A stretch of 32,000 nt of DNA from Anaerosoma tenue (lineage in GTDB: Bacteria > Actinomycetota > Coriobacteriia > Anaerosomatales > Anaerosomataceae): assembly GCF_023161965.1 (NCBI RefSeq), contig NZ_JALNTY010000002.1:46018-78017 (forward strand). The letters run 5' to 3'. The notes below the pieces were generated by a model. That model did no database searches. It saw only the letters and a program-made list of their open reading frames with translations, and was not told where the DNA came from. Below, in pieces: positions 25,350 to 32,000 of this stretch. The position numbers were made by a program, and so were the translations under genes. The first letter of the stretch is position 1. Every line of letters begins with the position of its first letter.

Positions 25350-26089
25350 CAGATCCCCACCGCTTCGCGGAACGACTTCACCTGGCGGCGGGCCACGGGC
25401 ACCTGCGTCTCGTCACGGTCTGACATCACCACGACGTACGCGCCCTCGGCCCGCAGGATCTCCTTCACCTTGTTCAGGTTGATCATGTAACTCCTGTGCA
25501 GACGGCGGAACGAGTCGCTCGACAGCCGCTCCTCGAGTTCCGAGAGCGTGAGATCCACGAGATACTGATTCTCGTACGTGTGCACATACGTGGACTTGTT
25601 CTTGGCCGAGATGTACACCACGTCGTCAAGGTCGAGGAGCACGGTGCGCCCGCCCTTGCGCACTGCGAGCTTCCTGAAGTCACCCTCGGCCTGCGATCCG
25701 GCGCCCACCCGCTGGCGCCCTCGCATCAGACTCTGGATGCGCGCGATGAGCTCCATCAGGTTGAACGGCTTGGTCACGTACTGTTGTACGCCCTGCTTGA
25801 AGGCGAGGATCCGCGCGAGGTCTTGGGTCTTGGCCGTCAGCATGATCACCGGGATGTCCGCCGTGAGGGGATCGTTCCTGATCTCCATCAGCGTCATCCA
25901 GCCGTCCACGCGCGGCATCATGATGTCGAGGAGCACCACGTCGGTGGGATGCTTATGCAGCATCTCGAGCGCTTCGGAGCCGTCAGAGGCCGAGACGACA
26001 CGCATACCCTCGTTCTCAAGGCCCATCTGGATCATGTCTAAGATGGCCTCGTCGTCATCGACGACGAGTACTCTGATCGGGTCCGACAC
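25349..26089 (-). CDS. Response regulator, REC plus LytTR DNA-binding domain (no kinase gene nearby)
   Basis: IRVLVVDDDEAILDM...VVLLDIMMPRVDG...MLTAK is the receiver domain. ...VYISAKNKSTYVHTYENQYLVDLTLSELEERL..FRRLHRSYMINLNKV is the LytTR domain. The likely start is GTG at 26089, preceded by GAGGAGG. GTG at 26119 is the alternative. Confidence 0.9.
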   Translation of the reverse strand: MSDPIRVLVVDDDEAILDMIQMGLENEGMRVVSASDGSEALEMLHKHPTDVVLLDIMMPRVDGWMTLMEIRNDPLTADIPVIMLTAKTQDLARILAFKQGVQQYVTKPFNLMELIARIQSLMRGRQRVGAGSQAEGDFRKLAVRKGGRTVLLDLDDVVYISAKNKSTYVHTYENQYLVDLTLSELEERLSSDSFRRLHRSYMINLNKVKEILRAEGAYVVVMSDRDETQVPVARRQVKSFREAVGI

Positions 26090-26120
26090 CGCCACCTCCT
26101 CGAGCTGGAGCGTGACCACA

Positions 26121-26136
26121 GGCAGGCGACCGCCTG
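26121..26136. promoter_or_regulatory. 16-bp palindrome GCAGGCG-AC-CGCCTGC in the leader of the response-regulator operon
   Basis: Perfect 7+2+7 inverted repeat between a TACAAT -10-like hexamer on the minus strand (26175-26170) and the regulator start codon. Confidence 0.25.
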
Positions 26137-26199
26137 CAGCTCCCGCCGGACGTCGTCATCCTCGGGTAGATTGTACCGCACATCCCCGATATCGGACTA

Positions 26200-27651
26200 T
26201 CAATCGCCCTGCTTGAGCCATTCGTCCATGGCACGAGCGGCGCGCTTGCCGGCCCCCATAGCGAGGATGACCGTCGCCGAGCCCGTGACGATGTCGCCAC
26301 CCGCATACACGCCGGGCTTCGATGTGGCGCCATCCTCATCGGCGAGGATGTAGCCCCGCTTCGAGAGTTCGAGATCGGGCGTGGTCTTGGGCAGCAGCGG
26401 GTTCGCCCGCGTGCCGAGCGCCATGACCACGGTGTCGCAGTCGATGGTGACATCGGCGCCCATCACGCACACCGGCGCTCGCCTGCCGCTCGCGTCGGGC
26501 TCGCCGAGCTCCATCGTGTTGGCCACGATGCCGGTGACCCAGCCGTCCTTGCCGAGGACCTCCACCGGCGAGCACAGCATCTTGAACTCGATGCCCTCCT
26601 CGCGCGCGTGGTGCACCTCTTCCTTGCGCGCCGGCATCTCCGCCTCGGTGCGGCGATAGACGAGGAAGACCTCCTCGGCGCCAAGGCGCTTGGCGGTGCG
26701 CGCGGCGTCCATCGCCACGTTGCCACCGCCCACCACGGCCACCTTGCGGCCGCGCCACACCGGTGTGTCGGCCGAGGGGAACTCGTATGCGCGCATCAGG
26801 TTCACACGCGTGAGGAACTCGTTGGCCGAGTAGACGCCGTTGAGGTTCTCGCCGGGGATGCCCAGGAACATCGGCAGACCGGCGCCGTTGCCGATGAAGA
26901 CGGCGCCGAAGCCTTCCTCGGTCATGAGTTCGTCGATGGTGTACGTTGCGCCGATCACCACGTCGCACCGGATCTCCACGCCCATCTCCTCGAGCAGCCC
27001 CACCTCGGCCTGGACGATGTGCTTGGGCAGGCGGAACTCCGGGATGCCGTAGGTGAGCACGCCGCCTGTTGCATGCAGGCTCTCGAAGACCGTGACCGCA
27101 TGACCGTAACGGCGCAGCTCGCCGGCGCACGCCAGGCCGGCGGGACCGGAACCCACCACCGCCACACGCTTGCCGCTGTCCGCGCCCACCACGGGTACGC
27201 AGCGGCCCTCCAGCTCGCATGCCAGGTCGAAGTCGCCGAGCCAGCGCTCGAGGCGGCCGATCGCCACGCTCTCGCCCTTCTTGGCGAGCACGCAGCGGGC
27301 CTCACACTGCTCCTCCTGCGGGCAGACACGGCCGCATACGGCCGGAAGGGCGTTCTTCTCCTTGAGCACGGCCACGGCCGCATGGTAGTCGCCGTCGATC
27401 ATCTCGCCGATGAACGACTTGATGTCGATGTTCACCGGACAGCCCTCGATGCAGGTGGGATTCCTGCACTGCAGGCAGCGGCTCGCCTCGGCCCGGGCCA
27501 TCTCCTCCGTGTAGCCGAGTGTCACTTCGTCGAAGTCACGCGCGCGCTCAGAGGCGTCCCGCTCGGGCATCGGGGTCCGCGGGATGCGGGCCGGGCGGTG
27601 CCGGGGCTTCTCGTCCGGCGCAGGGCCGCCGGTGCCGTCTACTGATGGCAT
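26200..27651 (-). CDS. nfnB: NfnB / GltD-family NADPH-dependent oxidoreductase (glutamate synthase small-chain-like, SudA-like)
   Basis: ATG at 27651 (MPSVDG...). Two Fe-S cluster motifs (CLQCRNPTCIEGCP, CGRVCPQEEQCEARC). Dinucleotide-binding VAVVGSGPAGLACAGEL and VAVVGGGNVAMD. The ORF-track start at 27954 lies inside nfnA. Confidence 0.88.
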   Translation of the reverse strand: MPSVDGTGGPAPDEKPRHRPARIPRTPMPERDASERARDFDEVTLGYTEEMARAEASRCLQCRNPTCIEGCPVNIDIKSFIGEMIDGDYHAAVAVLKEKNALPAVCGRVCPQEEQCEARCVLAKKGESVAIGRLERWLGDFDLACELEGRCVPVVGADSGKRVAVVGSGPAGLACAGELRRYGHAVTVFESLHATGGVLTYGIPEFRLPKHIVQAEVGLLEEMGVEIRCDVVIGATYTIDELMTEEGFGAVFIGNGAGLPMFLGIPGENLNGVYSANEFLTRVNLMRAYEFPSADTPVWRGRKVAVVGGGNVAMDAARTAKRLGAEEVFLVYRRTEAEMPARKEEVHHAREEGIEFKMLCSPVEVLGKDGWVTGIVANTMELGEPDASGRRAPVCVMGADVTIDCDTVVMALGTRANPLLPKTTPDLELSKRGYILADEDGATSKPGVYAGGDIVTGSATVILAMGAGKRAARAMDEWLKQGD

Positions 27652-28478
27652 GAGCACTCCCTCTGGTATTCCGCGTCCGCCAGACGCTCGTCGTCGTTGT
27701 AGACGCGCTGGCGGCTCATGAGCTCTTCGAAGTCCACCGCATGTCCGTCGAAGTCCGGACCGTCCACGCAGCCGAACTTCGTCTCCCCGCCCACGGTCAC
27801 ACGGCATGCGCCGCACATGCCCGTACCGTCGACCATGATCGGGTTCAGCGAGACCACGCAGGGGACATCGTGCTCCTTGGCGGTGGCCACGCAGAACTTC
27901 ATCATGATCGCCGGGCCGATAGCCATCGAATGGTCGATGGCGCCGCCCTCGCACAGCTCCTTGAGCGGGGCCGTCACAAGGTCCTTGCGCCCGGCGGAGC
28001 CGTCATCGGTGCAGATGATCAGCTCGTGCAGCGGGAGGGCCTTGAACTCGTCCTCCAGGATGACCAGGCCGGCGTTCCGCGCACCCACGATCACGGTGAC
28101 CTCGTTGCCCGCCTCGGCCATCGCGCGCGCCACCGGGTATGCGACAGCGGTTCCCACGCCGCCGCCCACCACGGCCACACGGCCGAGACCCTCCACGTGA
28201 GTGGGGATGCCGAGCGGGCCCACCACGTCGGCCAGGGAGTCGCCCACGCCCATATGCGAGAGCTTGTGAGTGGTCTTGCCCACGGTCATGAAGATGAACC
28301 GGATCCAGCCCTCGTCGGCGGACCAATCGGAGAACGTGAGCGGGATGCGCTCGCCATCCTCATCGATCCGGAGCATCAGGAACTGGCCTGCTTTGGCCTT
28401 GGCAGCGATCGCGGGCGCCTCGACGCCCATCTCGAACACGGCGTCGGACAGCTGGCGGGCGTGAACGATGGGGAACAT
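27639..28478 (-). CDS. nfnA: NfnA / SudB-like FAD and [2Fe-2S] ferredoxin-NADP reductase-type subunit
   Basis: ATG at 28478 follows GGGAGGA. MFPIVHARQLSDAVFEM... ...RIPLTF... ...VDGTGMCGACRV...CVDGP. It overlaps the nfnB start by 13 nt. Confidence 0.85.
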   Translation of the reverse strand: MFPIVHARQLSDAVFEMGVEAPAIAAKAKAGQFLMLRIDEDGERIPLTFSDWSADEGWIRFIFMTVGKTTHKLSHMGVGDSLADVVGPLGIPTHVEGLGRVAVVGGGVGTAVAYPVARAMAEAGNEVTVIVGARNAGLVILEDEFKALPLHELIICTDDGSAGRKDLVTAPLKELCEGGAIDHSMAIGPAIMMKFCVATAKEHDVPCVVSLNPIMVDGTGMCGACRVTVGGETKFGCVDGPDFDGHAVDFEELMSRQRVYNDDERLADAEYQRECSCHQ

Positions 28479-28556
28479 CGGTCCTCCCGGGGTTGGTACA
28501 CTTACAGGACGGCACGACAAGTGCCGACCAGTATACCCGTCCACGTGAGGCTGACA

Positions 28557-29603
28557 ATGCGACGTATCACGGCTGTTCTGCTACTTATCGGGCTGATAGC
28601 GCTTCCCGGGTGCGGCGAGGCCGGACCGGTCGAGGTGAGCCGTGAGGCGCTCGGCACGGTGGTCACCATCACGGCCTACGGAGACGACGATGCGGCGGTC
28701 CGGCAGGCCGTGGATGACGCGTTCGCCGTCATGGCCGAGGTCGTCGCCCCGCTCAACGCGTACGAGCCCGAGTCCGAGATCGCGGCGTTCAATCGCCAGC
28801 CCTACACGCTGCAACCACTCCCGCCGCGTTTCGTGGACGTGCTCGATGCGATCGACCGCCTCGATGTGGCCGACGCGTTCTCGCCCTTCCTGATGTCGGC
28901 ATCGGGCCTGTACGGTTTCGAGGGATCCCAGACCATCCCACCCCCAGACGACCTGGAGCTCGCTCTCTCGGCCGCTGACGGCTTCGTGCGCGCCGATACC
29001 CACAACGGCGTGTTCGCCCGTCTCAAGACGTCTGACGCCCGCCTGGAGCCCAGCGGCGTGCTGGCCCCGGGTCTTGATGCGAGCGGCGCGGCAAAGGGGC
29101 TCGCGCTCGACGCGGCCCGCGAGTCGCTCCGCGCCAGCGATGCGATCACCGCGGCGCTGATAAGCTCGGGCAGCAGCACGGTCACGCTCGGCACGAAGCC
29201 GAACGGTGAAGCCTGGCGTGTGGGCATCGAGGATCCGCGGGATCCGGAGAGCGTGATCGCGGTCTTCACCTTCGAGGGGGAAGGTGCGCTCTCCACCTCG
29301 GGCGACTACCAGCGCTACTTCGAGTCCGGCGGCATCCGCTACCACCACATCCTCGATCCGGCTACCGGAGAGCCGGCGAGGGGCGTCCGCTCGCTCACCG
29401 TGGCAGGCGCGTCGCTCACCGGGCTCGAGTCGGACATCCTCTCCACGGCGCTGTTCGTGCGCGGCGTGGACCGGGCGGCCGGATACGCTTCTGCCGAAGG
29501 CGTCGCGCTGCTGGCGGTGGACGACGAGGGGCGGACACATATCGTGCCCGCCCCTGAAGGATCCGGCCTGACGGTGGCGGAGGAGACTCCGGCTGCGCAG
29601 TGA
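28557..29603 (+). CDS. apbE: ApbE-family FAD:protein FMN transferase, predicted lipoprotein
   Basis: ATG at 28557. The signal ends in a lipobox-like LPGC (MRRITAVLLLIGLIALPGCG). ...LSTSGDYQRYFESGGIRYHHILDPATGEP... is the ApbE signature. The first ~270 codons of ORF 27741..29603 are an antisense artefact over nfnA. Confidence 0.88.
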   Translation: MRRITAVLLLIGLIALPGCGEAGPVEVSREALGTVVTITAYGDDDAAVRQAVDDAFAVMAEVVAPLNAYEPESEIAAFNRQPYTLQPLPPRFVDVLDAIDRLDVADAFSPFLMSASGLYGFEGSQTIPPPDDLELALSAADGFVRADTHNGVFARLKTSDARLEPSGVLAPGLDASGAAKGLALDAARESLRASDAITAALISSGSSTVTLGTKPNGEAWRVGIEDPRDPESVIAVFTFEGEGALSTSGDYQRYFESGGIRYHHILDPATGEPARGVRSLTVAGASLTGLESDILSTALFVRGVDRAAGYASAEGVALLAVDDEGRTHIVPAPEGSGLTVAEETPAAQ

Positions 29604-29663
29604 TCAGCACCGCTGTCACCGGCGCGCCGGCATCGGCCTCGACCGCGTGAGAAGCCCAGGTTC

Positions 29664-30047
29664 CTAGATGTAGTTCTTGATGAAGCCGTAGATCACCGGC
29701 ATCTCGTACTCCTGGCCCTGGAACGCCTTGATCGCGCCGATGATGGCGAAGACGAAGACGGCGATGGAGGCCACGAGCCAGATGATCTGGCCGAGTATCG
29801 GGATGACGTTGAGCACTGAGGCCGCGATCATCACCACGTAGAGCGCCAGCGCCTGGAAGGCGTGCACCCTCACGAACTTCTCGTCCTTGTACGGCTCGAT
29901 CAGGATCGCGATCAGCGCCACGATGCCCGTGAGGTACCCGATGCCGGCGAGTATCTTACCGGTATCGCTCGGGCCCTCGGTACCGGCGGGCGCCTGTGCG
30001 GGTGGTGCCGGTGGTGCGGGCGGTGGTGTCTGGAAATCATCACTCAT
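29664..30047 (-). CDS. DUF4870-like small membrane protein with a Pro-rich N-terminus
   Basis: ATG at 30047 follows GAAGGAG. MSDDFQTPPPAPPAPPAQAP... is followed by three hydrophobic helices (ILAGIGYLTGIVALIAILI, ALALYVVMIAASVLNVIPILG, IWLVASIAVFVFAIIGAI). Confidence 0.7.
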   Translation of the reverse strand: MSDDFQTPPPAPPAPPAQAPAGTEGPSDTGKILAGIGYLTGIVALIAILIEPYKDEKFVRVHAFQALALYVVMIAASVLNVIPILGQIIWLVASIAVFVFAIIGAIKAFQGQEYEMPVIYGFIKNYI

Positions 30048-30126
30048 GCGTACCAACTCCTTCTCGCGGGACGTGCACCCGAGTCCCCCTGCGGGTGCTT
30101 TGTTTGCTGTATACCCCACAGGACGT

Positions 30127-30156
30127 TTGCCGCACACCCTTACCACCTGCTAATAT
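30127..30156 (+). promoter_or_regulatory. Candidate sigma70-type promoter for the M23 peptidase gene
   Basis: TTGCCG (30127-30132), an 18-nt spacer, then TAATAT (30151-30156). About 60-nt leader. Confidence 0.4.
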
Positions 30157-30222
30157 CCGGGGGTAGCGCCTTCCGGCGGAAACCGAACCCGGCTGTGAAA
30201 AGCCGTCCGGAGGAAACACACC

Positions 30223-31458
30223 ATGCAACGTAGCCGCGCAGCAACCAGCGTTCTCGCGCTTGCGCTCATCCTTACCCTCATCGTCACACCGTTCGCGTTC
30301 GCCGTGACGGCTGACGACCTTCGCACGCACGAGAAGGCCGCGCAGGACGCACGCGATGCGGCCAAGGCGGCCGAGAGCCGCGCCGAGAAGCTCGCCGCCG
30401 AAGCGAAGGCGCTCGATGAGACGATCGCCGCCATCCAGGGCGACATCAACGCGCTCGCCGACGACATCGCAACCGCAACGGAGAGATCGAACCGCCTCAA
30501 GGCCGAGGTCGACGACCTCACCGCCCAGGTCAACGCGAAGCAGACGGAGATCGAGGCCACGCAAGCAGAGTACGAACGCCAGCAGGCGCTGCTCGGTGAG
30601 CGCATGGAAGCCTCGTACAAGAACGGCGACCTGATCTACTTCGAGCTTCTTCTCGACAGCCGCAGCATCGAGGACTTCATCTCTCGTACGAGTCTCGTAC
30701 AGAGGGTGATCGAGTCGAACAGCCAGCTCGCGAGCGATCTCAAAGACAGTCGCATCACCCTTGAGAAGATCAAGGCCGAGATCGAGCGTGACCTCGAGAC
30801 GGTCGACGCCAAGCGGGCCGAAGCGGAGGCCGAGGAGAAGCGGCTCAAGGATCTGCGGGCCCGTCACCAGTCGAAGCTTGATGCCCAGCGCTCGGCCCAG
30901 GACCAGAAAGAGGCGCTGGTAGCCGAGAACAAGGCGAACGCCGACCGCCTGCGCGCGCAGGCTGAGGCCGAAGAGGCCGAGTCGGCCCGCATCGCCCGGG
31001 AACTCTACGGCACCGGGTCGGGATACTTCGCGGGAGTGATGGCGTGGCCCGTCCCCGGCTTCGAGGACGAGCCTGAGGGCGGAGAGCGCTTCGGCTACCG
31101 CATCCACCCGATCCTCGGCTACAAGAAGCTCCACACGGGCATCGACATCGGCAGCCTGTGGGACATCGGCAAGAGCATCAACGGCGCCACCATCGTCGCC
31201 GCGGCGGACGGTACCGTCATCTACGCCGGATACCGCGGCGGATACGGCTACTGCACCATGATCGACCACGGCAACGGGGTGGTCACCCTCTACGCGCACC
31301 AGCAGACCGGCAGCATCTCGGTCAGCAAGGGCCAGAAGGTGGACCGGCGTGACCCGATCGGTAAGGTCGGGAGCACCGGGCTCTCCACAGGGCCCCACCT
31401 GCACTTCGAGGTGCGCATCAACGGTACGCCCGTCGACCCGATGACGTACCTCCGCTAG
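30223..31458 (+). CDS. Secreted M23 (LytM-type) peptidoglycan endopeptidase with a long N-terminal coiled coil
   Basis: Signal peptide (SVLALALILTLIVTPFAFA), about 250 aa of coiled coil, then canonical M23 motifs: HTGIDIG, ...TLYAHQ..., GSTGLSTGPHLHFEVRINGTPVDP. Confidence 0.92.
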   Translation: MQRSRAATSVLALALILTLIVTPFAFAVTADDLRTHEKAAQDARDAAKAAESRAEKLAAEAKALDETIAAIQGDINALADDIATATERSNRLKAEVDDLTAQVNAKQTEIEATQAEYERQQALLGERMEASYKNGDLIYFELLLDSRSIEDFISRTSLVQRVIESNSQLASDLKDSRITLEKIKAEIERDLETVDAKRAEAEAEEKRLKDLRARHQSKLDAQRSAQDQKEALVAENKANADRLRAQAEAEEAESARIARELYGTGSGYFAGVMAWPVPGFEDEPEGGERFGYRIHPILGYKKLHTGIDIGSLWDIGKSINGATIVAAADGTVIYAGYRGGYGYCTMIDHGNGVVTLYAHQQTGSISVSKGQKVDRRDPIGKVGSTGLSTGPHLHFEVRINGTPVDPMTYLR

Positions 31459-31464
31459 CAGCCG

Positions 31465-32000
31465 TCAGCCCGCGTTGTACTCCTGCATGGCGCTCTCGAC
31501 CCCGTGCTCGAGGATGTGCAGCACCGCCTGCGCGGCGTGCGGAACCATATCGGCAAGACGCTCGGCCACCTGAGGCCTCATCTCCTCCAGCACGTAGTCG
31601 GCAGGATCCTGGCGACCCGGCGGTCGCCCGATTCCCACCTTCACGCGCAGGAAATCACCCGTGCCGAGACAATCCACCAGCGACCGCAGCCCGTTGTGGC
31701 CACCGTGACCGCCACCGCGCTTCACGCGCAGGGTCTCCTCAGGCAGGTCGAGGTCATCGTGGATCACGATGATGTCGCCAACGGGCGTCTCGTAGTCGTC
31801 AGCGAGCTTCGCGACGGCCTTGCCCGAGAGGTTCATGTAGGTCCCGGGCTTCGCGATCAGGAGATCGTCGTCACCGAAGCGGACGAGGCCGACCTTGGCG
31901 CCGGCCTCGTCCCTCCAGTACGTCACGCGCAGATTCTCGGCGAGCAGATCAGCCACCATGAACCCGACGTTGTGACGCGTGTTCTCATACTTGGAACCCG
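31465..32000 (-). CDS. pth: Peptidyl-tRNA hydrolase (N-terminus beyond the window)
   Basis: ...GSKYENTRHNVGFMVADLLA...TYMNLSGKAV...VIHDDLDLP...LRVKRGGGHGGHNGLRS... The frame is open to nt 32000. Confidence 0.92.
   Translation of the reverse strand, partial: GSKYENTRHNVGFMVADLLAENLRVTYWRDEAGAKVGLVRFGDDDLLIAKPGTYMNLSGKAVAKLADDYETPVGDIIVIHDDLDLPEETLRVKRGGGHGGHNGLRSLVDCLGTGDFLRVKVGIGRPPGRQDPADYVLEEMRPQVAERLADMVPHAAQAVLHILEHGVESAMQEYNAG

Noticed and set aside
29611-29630. Palindrome gccggcgcgccggc between convergent apbE and DUF4870, as a bidirectional terminator
   Set aside because: The palindrome has no loop, so only a 4-5-bp stem could form in RNA. It is too weak to annotate.
1-32000. Mobile elements, prophage or defence genes, CRISPR arrays, and tRNA or rRNA genes
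   Set aside because: No transposase, integrase or recombinase motifs appear in any frame. There are no regularly spaced short repeats and no tRNA-like cloverleaf candidates in the few intergenic regions. The only composition shifts are short AT-richer promoter patches.

Overview
The window is GC-rich (roughly two-thirds G+C by eye), gene-dense and chromosomal, with no rRNA, tRNA, CRISPR array or mobile element that I can recognise. The gene content (NfnAB, V/A-type ATPase, multihaem cytochrome, DUF951, ACT plus UPF0210) suggests an anaerobic high-GC Gram-positive-type bacterium, but the taxon cannot be determined from this window. Left to right: (1) the 3' part of a very large multihaem c-type cytochrome with 15 CxxCH sites; (2) a coiled-coil NlpC/P60 hydrolase followed by tldD-pmbA; (3) on the minus strand, a complete and tightly coupled V/A-type ATPase operon (G/H-like, I, K, E, C, F, A, B, a small extra membrane ORF, D); (4) a membrane-anchored M23-like protein, DUF951, and an ACT plus UPF0210 pair; (5) the most interesting region, about 19.2-26.1 kb. 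It encodes a 892-aa secreted multi-domain protein, three tandem paralogous small secreted proteins (131-133 aa, each with its own hairpin terminator), and on the opposite strand a signal-peptide/C-terminal-TM protein with DUF916/DUF3324-like (WxL-interacting-protein-like) architecture, translationally coupled to an orphan LytTR response regulator; (6) nfnA-nfnB, an ApbE lipoprotein, DUF4870, a coiled-coil M23 peptidase, and a partial pth. The C-terminal ~100 aa of the large protein looks homologous to the three small proteins. I read region 5 as an uncharacterised cell-surface complex or fibre locus, analogous to but clearly diverged from Firmicute WxL/Csc clusters. All family assignments come from motif recognition in the translations. 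No database search was run.
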